From: Patescibacteria group bacterium
GTDB lineage: Bacteria > Patescibacteriota > Microgenomatia > Levybacterales > UBA12049
Reading direction: 5' to 3'
DNA: 56,707 bases
Assembly: GCA_035510695.1 (NCBI GenBank)
Contig: DATKGO010000062.1
Location: 1 to 56,707, forward strand
Shown here: piece after piece, positions 26,164 through 34,551 of the stretch
Position numbering within the stretch: the first letter of the stretch is position 1
How the letters are laid out: every line of letters begins with the position of its first letter
Notes under the pieces: generated by a model
The model's input: only the letters and a program-made list of their open reading frames with translations
What the model was told of the DNA's origin: nothing
The model's database searches: none
Program-made: the position numbers and the translations under genes

Positions 26164-27336
26164 ATGATAATTAGGCATCTAGACCAGGCTTTGACCAGCC
26201 ATTTTTCCAAATATAAAGAAGTTTTGATTTTACTTGGTGCAAGACAGGTAGGAAAAACAACGATTCTTAAAAGGATTTTTTCTGATGCGCAGTATTTGAC
26301 CGTTGATAACGAGCCTATAAAAAATGCGCTAGAAAGATATGATCCCGCAACTTATAAACAATTATTAAATTCAAATGGTGGCATCGTAGTAATCGATGAG
26401 ATTCAGAACTTAAAGGATCCGGGGAGAGCTGCTAAAATATTTTATGACCAACTTTCTGAATACAAACTTATCATTACTGGTTCATCAGCATTTAATATTA
26501 AAAATAAATCTTCGGAAAGCCTTGCTGGTCGCAAGATAGACTATCATCTTTATCCGTTAACACTTAGTGAATACTTGGTGCAAAACGGTCTAGAAAGTAA
26601 TCTGTCATTTCAACCAATAGAGAATTTACTTAATGGAGTAAGTGTTAAAGAAATATTTAAGCAATATGATCATAACTCACTCCTGAATAATATCTTAATA
26701 TATGGCTTGTATCCTGCCATGCAATCTCATCCAAGTGATGCAACGTATTTGACCAATTTGATTGATAGTGTGGTGTTTAAAGACTTAGTTGAATTGTCGC
26801 TTTTAGAAAATAAATCTGCAGCGTTATCATTACTAAAACTATTAGCATATCAGATTGGTTCTCTGGTTAATTATGCCGAGTTAGCTTCAAAATTAAATAT
26901 TGGAGAAAAGACAGTTAAAAGATATATAGAACTTTTTGAACAAAGTTTTATTATTTTTAAATTAAAGCCTTTTACGTCCCGAAAAAGAGACGAAATAGCG
27001 AAAATGCCCAAAATTTATTTTTACGATGTAGGACTTAGAAATGCATTAATAAATAATTTCGAACCAGTCGATAATAGAGGAGACGGCGGACAATTATTTG
27101 AAAATTTCATTATAAGTGAATTATTAAAGTATAATTATTATGGCAATTTTGGTTATAATTTGAATTTTTGGAGAACCAAAAGCGGTTCGGAAGTAGATCT
27201 GGTTTTAAATAAAACCAATAGTGATGTTATCGCTGTCGAGATAAAGAGTAAATCGCAGAGAGTCAACAAGGCATTTTTGTCTCGTTATCCAAAATCAAAA
27301 TTGGTTGTTATATCTAAGGATAACTATTGGGTATAA
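26164..27336 (+). CDS. AAA+ ATPase with C-terminal DUF4143 domain
   Basis: Walker A GARQVGKTT and Walker B VVVIDEIQ. Winged-helix-like middle region and a C-terminal RTKSGSEVDLV block typical of DUF4143 ATPases. Confidence 0.8.
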   Translation: MIIRHLDQALTSHFSKYKEVLILLGARQVGKTTILKRIFSDAQYLTVDNEPIKNALERYDPATYKQLLNSNGGIVVIDEIQNLKDPGRAAKIFYDQLSEYKLIITGSSAFNIKNKSSESLAGRKIDYHLYPLTLSEYLVQNGLESNLSFQPIENLLNGVSVKEIFKQYDHNSLLNNILIYGLYPAMQSHPSDATYLTNLIDSVVFKDLVELSLLENKSAALSLLKLLAYQIGSLVNYAELASKLNIGEKTVKRYIELFEQSFIIFKLKPFTSRKRDEIAKMPKIYFYDVGLRNALINNFEPVDNRGDGGQLFENFIISELLKYNYYGNFGYNLNFWRTKSGSEVDLVLNKTNSDVIAVEIKSKSQRVNKAFLSRYPKSKLVVISKDNYWV

Positions 27337-27355
27337 GGATGGGTGGGGTGAGTCT

Positions 27356-27820
27356 ATGCAGTTAATAAAAATGAAAGTAACTAACAAGAGAGAAAAAGCT
27401 AACTATAAAGTGCTTGAGGTCTCCGCAGACATTACTTTGTATAAATTTGCAGAGATCATTGTAAAGAGGTTTGGTTTCTACTTTGATCATTCATTTGGTT
27501 TTTATGATAATTTAGAGGATCATTTTAAATCAAAGGAAATTTATGAATTGTTTACAGATTTAGATGATGTCGAACATACTCCAGGAGCAAAAGGAGTTCG
27601 AAAATATTATTTTGTGAGTGATTTATTTAAAAATAGGAAGAAAATGTTATTTTTGTTCGATTATGGTGACACTTGGGAATTTATACTTGAAGTACTTGAT
27701 GACTCTCAGCGAGTACAGGATGTCCCCAAGAATTATTACAAGTTATATGAGTCTCACGGTGAAGACCCAGAACAATATCCCGATATTGAAGATGAAGTAG
27801 AGGAGAAGTTTATTAATTAA
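27356..27820 (+). CDS. plasmid pRiA4b ORF-3-like (PRiA4_ORF3) family protein
   Basis: VSADITLYKFAEIIVKRFGF...HSFGF and FLFDYGDTWEF follow the family pattern (ADITL...H.F...YDFGD.WEH). GGTGGGGTGAG SD-like tract upstream. Confidence 0.65.
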   Translation: MQLIKMKVTNKREKANYKVLEVSADITLYKFAEIIVKRFGFYFDHSFGFYDNLEDHFKSKEIYELFTDLDDVEHTPGAKGVRKYYFVSDLFKNRKKMLFLFDYGDTWEFILEVLDDSQRVQDVPKNYYKLYESHGEDPEQYPDIEDEVEEKFIN

Positions 27821-27940
27821 AAAATAGAGAGCACTTGTTTATGTTTCAAATAAGCTATAGAGTTTCTCAGGTATAAGAATGTTCATTTCCGGTGGTTGGA
27901 TAATGTAGATTTGAGTGGATAATTATAATCGGATTTTTTG

Positions 27941-27949
27941 TGCTAAAAT
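27941..27949 (+). promoter_or_regulatory. candidate extended -10 (TGcTAAAAT) now serving ychF with a ~40-nt SD-bearing leader
   Basis: TGCTAAAAT at 27941-27949 and GGTGGAAGG at 27973-27981, ahead of ATG 27990. Confidence 0.35.
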
Positions 27950-27988
27950 GTTGAGGTATAGCTTTGAGTACGGTGGAAGGTTTTAATG

Positions 27989-28009
27989 TATGAATTTATC
28001 TGTAGGGAT
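27989..28009 (+). repeat. 21-bp direct repeat, right copy (covers the ychF ATG)
   Basis: Identical to 25926-25946. Confidence 0.95.
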
Positions 28010-29186
28010 TGTCGGTCTACCAAACGTAGGTAAAAGTACGTTATTTAATGCCTTGTTGAAAAAGCAGCTGGCGCTGGCGGCGAATTATCCTTTCGCTACG
28101 ATTGAACCAAATGTCGGAATTGTGCCGGTACCGGATGGAAGGCTTGAGGTTTTGGCAAAGATTGTTGCAGGAGAAGAGGCGGATCCTGCCGCTCGCTCTT
28201 CCCAAGGTGCTCCTGCTAGTCTTGCTGACGCTGCGAACGCAGATGCGCGCCTTGAGAGCCCTTCGCTCGCGTCACCCGCTAACCTTCCGCCGATTAAGCC
28301 GGCGACTGTTGAATTCCTTGATATTGCCGGACTGGTAAAAGGCGCGGCAGAAGGAGCAGGTTTAGGTAATAGATTTCTCTCCCATATCCGTGAAGTGTCG
28401 GTAGTTTGTCATGTCGTCCGCGCGTTTATCGATGAAAATATCATCAGGGAAGGCAGCAGTGACCCGGAAAATGATTTTGCGACCATTGAGACGGAATTGA
28501 TGTTGGCGGATTTGCAATCGGCGATGAATATCCAATCGCGCATCAAACGTTCAGATGATCCGGTGCAAAAAATGGCAATTGATAAAGTAGTTGATAATTT
28601 AAATAGCGGAATTCCGGTTCGCGAAATGCGATTTAGCGAAGAGGAAAACGAATATTTAAAAACGCTTTTCTTCCTGACGGCCAAACAGGAATTGGTGGTT
28701 TTAAATGTCAGTGATGATGAATATACAGCGAAAAATGCTGATTCATTAGTTGAAAAATATGCCGATATGTTACAGATTTCCAGAGAAAGATTAGTGGTGA
28801 TTAGTGCAAAAATTGAAGAAGAGCTGGCGCAATTGTCAGACGAAGAACAAAGTCAATATTTAGCCGATTTGGGTTTTAAGACTTCCGGTTTGGAACGACT
28901 TATTCAAAAAGCTTACAGCAGTTTGGGATTAATTTCTTTTCTTACAGCCGGGGAGAAGGAAGTGCGTGCTTGGACCATTCGAAAAGGTTCCACAGCTGTG
29001 GAAGCTTCAGGCGAGATCCATACCGATTTTATGAAAAAGTTTATAAAAGCGGAAGTAGTTTTCTTTGCCGATTTTGTAAAATTTGGCGGCTGGAAAGGGA
29101 GCAGAGAAAAGGGAAAGGCGAGATTGGAAGGGAAAGATTATATCATGCAGGACGGCGACGTCGTCGAGTTTAAGATCGGCGCATAA
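27990..29186 (+). CDS. ychF: redox-regulated ATPase YchF (Obg-like GTPase family) carrying a ~39-aa insertion
   Basis: GIVGLPNVGKSTLFNAL, FPFATIEPNVG, EFLDIAGLVKGA and a C-terminal TGS-like domain (FIKAEV...). Length is 398 aa versus roughly 363 aa for E. coli YchF as recalled. Confidence 0.9.
   Translation: MNLSVGIVGLPNVGKSTLFNALLKKQLALAANYPFATIEPNVGIVPVPDGRLEVLAKIVAGEEADPAARSSQGAPASLADAANADARLESPSLASPANLPPIKPATVEFLDIAGLVKGAAEGAGLGNRFLSHIREVSVVCHVVRAFIDENIIREGSSDPENDFATIETELMLADLQSAMNIQSRIKRSDDPVQKMAIDKVVDNLNSGIPVREMRFSEEENEYLKTLFFLTAKQELVVLNVSDDEYTAKNADSLVEKYADMLQISRERLVVISAKIEEELAQLSDEEQSQYLADLGFKTSGLERLIQKAYSSLGLISFLTAGEKEVRAWTIRKGSTAVEASGEIHTDFMKKFIKAEVVFFADFVKFGGWKGSREKGKARLEGKDYIMQDGDVVEFKIGA
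28167..28283 (+). repeat. GC-rich in-frame insert in ychF, probably degenerate GTCAT-family units
   Basis: Encodes AGEEADPAARSSQGAPASLADAANADARLESPSLASPAN. Contains CTTCGCTCGC (also present in the units at 21473 and 47002) and the CTGCGAACGCAG hairpin. Confidence 0.5.
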
Positions 29187-29230
29187 GCGAGCTTTTACAG
29201 GTTGCGATATATTGAGTGACAGATGATGTT

Positions 29231-29854
29231 TTATCTTTTGTTTTCTAAAAGTGTTACGAGCTTTTCTCTGGGGGTTCTTCTTCCTTCTTTGAAATATTTA
29301 TTTACATCATCTAAATTGAAATAGTATTGGCCTTTAGCACCTTTTTTAGTTGGCACTTGTTTTTTATATGCTGCAATTCTAAGCGCTAATTTTTCTGCAG
29401 CAGTTAAATCGAGACTGGAAAGGGGTATAAGTTCATCATTTACTTCATTCGGGATATCAGAATACAGTTTAATTGATTTTGGAGGTGTAACTGTATCTAG
29501 CCTTAAGGCTTGATTTGTAATTTCATCATCATCTAAAATTTCAAATATTCTTTTATAAAGTATTGTAGGAGTTATTGAAGGCCCTAAAGCCTGAGCCAAT
29601 ATAAAAAGATCTTCTGCACTATGGCTCCAGATAGAGAACGTTACCATATTATCGAAATCTGTCTGTTTAAGATTAGGAGCCGTACCATCTCTTTGTAAAG
29701 CTTGGAATCTTCTAAGAGGATCTGTCAGTCTTTGAAAGATTTCAGGAGTAACGGATCCCTTTATGGAATTCAGTCTTGTATAGAAGCTCACGACAGGATC
29801 AACCTGGTGTTCGGTTGGTAGAGGGATTTTTCTTTCTATCGATTGTAGAGCCAT
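29231..29854 (-). CDS. hypothetical protein
   Basis: 207-aa ORF with no recognisable motif. Confidence 0.5.
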   Translation of the reverse strand: MALQSIERKIPLPTEHQVDPVVSFYTRLNSIKGSVTPEIFQRLTDPLRRFQALQRDGTAPNLKQTDFDNMVTFSIWSHSAEDLFILAQALGPSITPTILYKRIFEILDDDEITNQALRLDTVTPPKSIKLYSDIPNEVNDELIPLSSLDLTAAEKLALRIAAYKKQVPTKKGAKGQYYFNLDDVNKYFKEGRRTPREKLVTLLENKR

Positions 29855-29910
29855 AGTCTTGTATTATATTATATATAAGCTCATCAGTAAATCGGGAAAT
29901 CTTTTCCTAC

Positions 29911-29939
29911 TTGTCAGTATGCATGATTTTCGCTACAAT
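29911..29939 (+). promoter_or_regulatory. promoter TTGTCA-17-TACAAT for rpsF-ssb-rpsR
   Basis: -35 at 29911-29916 and -10 at 29934-29939. ATG 13 nt downstream. Confidence 0.55.
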
Positions 29940-29952
29940 ATAAGCCACAGTT

Positions 29953-30228
29953 ATGCGAATATACGAATTAGCATTAGTTTTACGTACCAAATTGTCAGAC
30001 AAAGACCGGAAAAAAGTAGTGGATACGCTTAAAGAGTGGTTAAAAGACATGAAGGTAACCAAAGAAGAAGAATTTGGCCAAAAGCCGCTTGCGTATCCGA
30101 TTAAGAAAGAAGCAGCCGGATATTATTTGACATTACATTTGGAAGGTGAGACTATACCGGTAGATGTTGAGAGACGAATTTTGCAAACAGATGAAGTCTT
30201 GAGACATTTGTTAATCAGAACGAAGTGA
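29953..30228 (+). CDS. rpsF: 30S ribosomal protein S6
   Basis: MRIYELALVLRTKLSD...GYYLTLHLEG. Conserved rpsF-ssb-rpsR order. Confidence 0.85.
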   Translation: MRIYELALVLRTKLSDKDRKKVVDTLKEWLKDMKVTKEEEFGQKPLAYPIKKEAAGYYLTLHLEGETIPVDVERRILQTDEVLRHLLIRTK

Positions 30229-30236
30229 CATGCAAT

Positions 30237-30301
30237 GTCATCCTGAACTTGATTCAGGATCCAGAAAATTAAAAAAGATTCCGGATCAAGTCCGGAATGA
30301 C
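30237..30301. repeat. GTCAT-hairpin doublet (REPIN/MITE-like) between rpsF and ssb
   Basis: GTCATCCTGAACTTGATTCAGGATCC, a spacer, then GATTCCGGATCAAGTCCGGAATGAC. Confidence 0.85.
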
Positions 30302-30309
30302 AGTAGTTT

Positions 30310-30804
30310 ATGGCGAGAAGTTTAAATCGAGTACAATTGATTGGTAATTTAACTAGAGATCCGGAATTGCGTTATACGCCAAGTGGTACGGCAGTTTGTT
30401 CCTTTAGTCTGGCTACCAATCGGTCTTGGACAACTGATACGGGGGAGAAACACGAAGAAGCGGATTTTCATCGTATCGTTGCTTGGAATAAGTTGGCAGA
30501 ACTTTGCAGCCAGTTTTTGGTAAAAGGTCGCAAGGTTTATGTAGAGGGACGTTTGTCTACCAGAAATTGGACAACGCAGGACAATCAACCACGAACTACA
30601 ACCGAAGTTGTGATTGATGACATGATTTTGCTCGACAGTAAAGGTTTTAGCGGTAATAAAGCGGAAAATGCTGAAGAGAAAACCGAAGAGCCGAAAAAAA
30701 CTAAACCGGTTGCCAAACATGAAGAACCTGCTCCGGAGGAACCGTCCTCTGATCAATCAGCGGAAGGCGAACCGCAAGTCGCGCCGGATGATATACCATT
30801 TTAA
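30310..30804 (+). CDS. ssb: single-stranded DNA-binding protein
   Basis: OB fold (NRVQLIGNLTRDPELRYTPSG...FHRIVAWNKLAE) and acidic tail ending DDIPF. Confidence 0.9.
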   Translation: MARSLNRVQLIGNLTRDPELRYTPSGTAVCSFSLATNRSWTTDTGEKHEEADFHRIVAWNKLAELCSQFLVKGRKVYVEGRLSTRNWTTQDNQPRTTTEVVIDDMILLDSKGFSGNKAENAEEKTEEPKKTKPVAKHEEPAPEEPSSDQSAEGEPQVAPDDIPF

Positions 30805-30806
30805 TT

Positions 30807-31049
30807 ATGAAAAAACCAGTACGAAGACCAATTAAAAAAATTCAAGCTCCTAAGGAGTGTTATTTCTGTAAAGAAGGGAAATTACCTGCTTATACAGATG
30901 CAGCTACCTTACAGAAATTTTTGACCGAAAGAGGGAAGATAGTCGGTCGTCTCCGCAGTGGACTTTGCGCTTTGCATCAGAGAAGATTGACAATAGCTAT
31001 TAAACACGCCCGCCATTTGGCAATTTTACCCTTCATCTCCAGAGGATAA
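30807..31049 (+). CDS. rpsR: 30S ribosomal protein S18
   Basis: CYFCKEG...YTDAATLQKFLTERGKIVGRLRSGLCALHQRRLTIAIKHARHLAILPF. Confidence 0.9.
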   Translation: MKKPVRRPIKKIQAPKECYFCKEGKLPAYTDAATLQKFLTERGKIVGRLRSGLCALHQRRLTIAIKHARHLAILPFISRG

Positions 31050-31161
31050 GGCTTAAAGCATCAAACTTTAAGTTCCAAAATTCAATAAAATTTCAAATCA
31101 TAAAACTTCAAACTTCCTAGAATTAATTCAGTAAATGTTGTACAATAATTAAACACAATCA

Positions 31162-31196
31162 AATTTTGATTTTTGAATTTTGATTTTTGAATTTTT
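31162..31196. repeat. 14-nt tandem repeat (AATTTTGATTTTTG x2 plus a partial copy)
   Basis: Read directly. Lies within an AT-rich word-repeat intergenic region. Confidence 0.8.
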
Positions 31197-31199
31197 ATT

Positions 31200-31979
31200 A
31201 TGGTTTCCTTGCCCATTTCAGTTCCACAAAACGCAAATTTATTGGTTAAAGTAGGTGATCATGTAGTTCCCGGTCAAAAACTGGCCGAAGTTGTACAGGA
31301 AGAAGAACCCATTATTAATATTCCGGAACTGTTGAAAGTGCCGCTAAAAAAAGTTCCTTCAATTTTACAATTTCAACCGGGTGATCGAGTGGAAATAGGA
31401 GATATTTTGGCTATTCGAAAAAATGCTTTTGGCATGGTCGCTGCCAAATTAAAATCCAATGTTTCGGGAACTATCCTTCGTTTTGATCCTGATAGCGGTA
31501 TGATAGCAATCGGTAATCCGAGAAAAATTGATGAAAGCAGTGTGCTTCTTTCACCACTTGCCGGTGTGATTCAATTATGCGATAATAACCAAATTGTCAT
31601 CGAAACGGATGAACATGTAATTTCCGGAATTGGTGGTATTGGGACTAAGATTCAAGGGAAAATTTATCTTTTGCCCAATATAAAACAGGAGCAAATGGAG
31701 CAGCAGCAATTATTGCTGGAATTAAACAGCTCAATTGCCGACAGAATTGTTTTGGGAAGACAATTAAATCTGGAAGTGCTGGTTAAAATCATTGGCATAG
31801 GAGCAGCCGGTGTCATAGCGACCCATATTGATCCGACCGATTTGACATATTTACAACAAAAAAAATTGGCAATTCCTCTAATAGTTGTCCATGAGGATCA
31901 ATTGCCGGTTTTGGTCAAACAGTCGGAGAAAGAAGTATTTTTGGACGGGGCAACATATACAATTTTATTACTTGCATGA
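31200..31979 (+). CDS. hypothetical protein with lipoyl/hybrid-barrel-like N-terminal segments
   Basis: LVKVGDHVVPGQKLAEV and FQPGDRVEIGDILAI. Stop overlaps the ctp start. Confidence 0.5.
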   Translation: MVSLPISVPQNANLLVKVGDHVVPGQKLAEVVQEEEPIINIPELLKVPLKKVPSILQFQPGDRVEIGDILAIRKNAFGMVAAKLKSNVSGTILRFDPDSGMIAIGNPRKIDESSVLLSPLAGVIQLCDNNQIVIETDEHVISGIGGIGTKIQGKIYLLPNIKQEQMEQQQLLLELNSSIADRIVLGRQLNLEVLVKIIGIGAAGVIATHIDPTDLTYLQQKKLAIPLIVVHEDQLPVLVKQSEKEVFLDGATYTILLLA

Positions 31980-33256
31980 AACCTGCTATTTTAAGAACAA
32001 TTTTATTCATGCTTATCGCCGGTATTGCCGGATATTTTATCGGTACCAATACCGTTAATTTTGAATGGAAAACCTTTAATCCACAGATTACTGTTACCAG
32101 TAAAGAACCTCCGCCTTCTCTTTCCAATATAGACATGACGCAATTTTGGACTGTTCTGGAAAAACTGGATCAGGATTATTACAATAAATCGGTAATTAAA
32201 CCTCAGGATATAGTTAACGGCGCGATTAGCGGAATGGTAAGTAGTTTGAATGATCCGTTTACCATGTATTTACCGCCTTCGGACAATAGTAGCTTTCAGC
32301 AGCAGATTTCCGGACAGTTTGGAGGAATAGGAGCGGAATTATTGGACGTAAATAAAGAGGTGACGATTCAGTCAACGCTTGATGATACTCCGGCGCAGAA
32401 AGCCGGATTAAAATCAGGCGATATAATTGCCAAAGTTGACGGGAAAACAGTTTCGGGTATGGATTTACAGTCTGTAGTTAATCTGATCCACGGTCCAAAA
32501 GGGACAACCGTAGATTTATCAATACTGCATAAAAATGCCAACGTTTTAGTGGATGTTCCGATTGTTCGCGATACTATAAATGTTAAAAGTGTTTCTTCTT
32601 GGGTAAAAGCAGTAAAGAATATTGACGGGATAAATACTAAAGCTGACGGATTGGCAACGCATCAAAATGATAAAGTTGTCTATATACAGTTATCACAATT
32701 CGGTGAACAGACAAATACAGAATGGAGTAAGATAGTTAATCAGATTTCAGTTCAGATGCTGAATGATAAAAGTATTAAAGGTGTCATTTTAGATTTGCGT
32801 AATAATCCCGGGGGTTTGTTAACTGACGCAGTTTATATCGGATCGGAATTTATCAGCAGCGGAACAATTGTCGAAGAAGAAGACGGGCAGGGGAATATTA
32901 CAGCTCTACCGGTTAATCGTAAAGGATTATTAACAGACGTTCCTTTAGTTGTCTTAATCAACGGTGGTTCAGCATCGGCAGCGGAAATTGTTTCCGGAGC
33001 ACTGCGTGATCATAAACGTGCCCCGTTGGTGGGAGAACAGTCATTTGGAAAAGGCACAGTCCAAGAAGCGGATGATTTGGGCGGGGGTGCGGGACTGCAT
33101 GTAACAGTTGCAAAATGGCTAACACCGAATGGAACATGGGTAGGTAACGGAAAAGACGGTACCGGACTTAAACCTGATTTTGCAGTGAATCTTGACCCTA
33201 AAGCTCCAACGCGTGACACACAACTTGAAAAAGCGGTAGAAGTATTATTAAAATAA
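31976..33256 (+). CDS. ctpA: S41 family C-terminal processing peptidase
   Basis: GGIGAEL, a PDZ segment (GLKSGDIIAKVDG), LDLRNNPGGLL, INGGSASAAEI and GEQSFGKGTVQ. Confidence 0.85.
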   Translation: MKPAILRTILFMLIAGIAGYFIGTNTVNFEWKTFNPQITVTSKEPPPSLSNIDMTQFWTVLEKLDQDYYNKSVIKPQDIVNGAISGMVSSLNDPFTMYLPPSDNSSFQQQISGQFGGIGAELLDVNKEVTIQSTLDDTPAQKAGLKSGDIIAKVDGKTVSGMDLQSVVNLIHGPKGTTVDLSILHKNANVLVDVPIVRDTINVKSVSSWVKAVKNIDGINTKADGLATHQNDKVVYIQLSQFGEQTNTEWSKIVNQISVQMLNDKSIKGVILDLRNNPGGLLTDAVYIGSEFISSGTIVEEEDGQGNITALPVNRKGLLTDVPLVVLINGGSASAAEIVSGALRDHKRAPLVGEQSFGKGTVQEADDLGGGAGLHVTVAKWLTPNGTWVGNGKDGTGLKPDFAVNLDPKAPTRDTQLEKAVEVLLK

Positions 33257-33330
33257 AGAAGAAAAAATTAAAATTTTCAGTTTCTTTTAATATTTATTCA
33301 TTAGGCTTTAGTATTAAATAATAGTTTAAC

Positions 33331-34506
33331 ATGAGAAAATTAATTGTATTAATTGTTATTCTAATTATTTTTTTAGGTTTATATAGCGCCGCACAAGAAT
33401 ATTTACCTCAGTTTAGGCAATATCTTACGCAAGGCAGCAGTATGTCTGTGCTTCCAACTGAACAGGTTAAAGTCGTGAGCGAAGAATCCGTAACAATTGA
33501 TGCTGTGAAGAAAGTCGGTCCATCTGTAGTTACTGTTACAGAAGAATCAGCTCCTTTATCGTCTGATGATCAATCATATGATATCGGTCCGTTTTCAATT
33601 TTTGGTCAACTGCCTTCTGATAATTCAGATGGGCCAACGCCAACTCCATCACCGCAAAGTATCGGTTCGGGATTTATTCTTACCAAAGACGGATTAATTG
33701 TAACCAATAAACATGTGGTAGCGGATGTGGGAGGTAATTATAAAGTGACGACCAGTGATGATAAGGTTTATGATGTGAAAAAAATTTATCGTGATCCTTT
33801 GAATGATATTGCGATTTTACAAATTGATCCCACACAAAATTCCGGCAAAACATTGCAGCCGGTACCACTGGGTGATTCTTCTCATCTTCAAGTTGGACAG
33901 TTCGTTATTGCTATCGGAACAGCGCTGGGTCAATTTCCCAATACTGTTACAACCGGTGTTCTTTCCGGTGTTGGTAGAGGTATTACCGCCGGTTCGGATT
34001 TGGAAGGTTTTGTGGAACAACTTGATAATGTTATTCAAACCAGCGCTGCAATTAATCCCGGTAATAGCGGCGGTCCTTTGTTAAATTCTTCAGGTCAGGT
34101 AATTGGAATTAATACAGCGGTTTCCGAGAGCGGACAAAATATTGGTTTTGCTTTGCCGATAAATGTGGTAAAAGATTCTTTGAGTAATTTTAATCAGACA
34201 GGACAATTTAATAGGCCATATATCGGTGTGGCATATAAAATGATTAGTCAGGATTTGGCGATTGCCAATGATTTACCCCAAGGTGCATATATCCAGGATG
34301 TGGTTTCCGGTTCACCGGCCGATAAAGCGGGATTAAAACAAGGAGACATTATTACGAAGATTGACGGGCAAAAAATGACCGGCGATAACGCTCTTTCGAA
34401 TTTTATCAGTAGGAAAAAAGTAGGGGACAGTATTGATATTACATATTGGCGTAATGGAAAATCAAATGACGTTTCGGTAACTTTAGTTGTATCTCCGGGG
34501 CAGTAA
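33331..34506 (+). CDS. htrA: HtrA/DegP-type trypsin-like serine protease with PDZ domain
   Basis: Catalytic triad contexts TNKHVV, DIAILQI and NPGNSGGPLLN. C-terminal PDZ (GLKQGDIITKIDG). Confidence 0.85.
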   Translation: MRKLIVLIVILIIFLGLYSAAQEYLPQFRQYLTQGSSMSVLPTEQVKVVSEESVTIDAVKKVGPSVVTVTEESAPLSSDDQSYDIGPFSIFGQLPSDNSDGPTPTPSPQSIGSGFILTKDGLIVTNKHVVADVGGNYKVTTSDDKVYDVKKIYRDPLNDIAILQIDPTQNSGKTLQPVPLGDSSHLQVGQFVIAIGTALGQFPNTVTTGVLSGVGRGITAGSDLEGFVEQLDNVIQTSAAINPGNSGGPLLNSSGQVIGINTAVSESGQNIGFALPINVVKDSLSNFNQTGQFNRPYIGVAYKMISQDLAIANDLPQGAYIQDVVSGSPADKAGLKQGDIITKIDGQKMTGDNALSNFISRKKVGDSIDITYWRNGKSNDVSVTLVVSPGQ

Positions 34507-34551
34507 AATTGCTATTTGCAAAATTTTTACATATCTATTACAATACATCAA

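Larger units (their letters stand above)
25947..27988 (+). mobile_element. candidate inserted two-gene cassette bounded by the 21-bp direct repeats
   Basis: Contains about 180 nt of non-coding DNA, an AAA+/DUF4143 ATPase and a PRiA4_ORF3-like gene. No recombinase is visible inside. Confidence 0.45.

Noticed and set aside
27989-28009. 21-bp duplication as an ordinary transposase target-site duplication
   Set aside because: 21 bp is far longer than typical target-site duplications, and no transposase or terminal inverted repeats lie inside. A site-specific or homology-mediated event is more consistent, although the recombinase is not visible.
30349-30756. 135-aa minus-strand ORF
   Set aside because: It is antisense to ssb, which has an unambiguous OB fold and a DDIPF tail.
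31162-31196. Possible CRISPR array or other spaced repeat
   Set aside because: Only two and a half contiguous 14-nt AT-rich units are present, with no spacers and no cas genes. It is a simple tandem repeat. No CRISPR-like repeat-spacer pattern was seen anywhere in the window.
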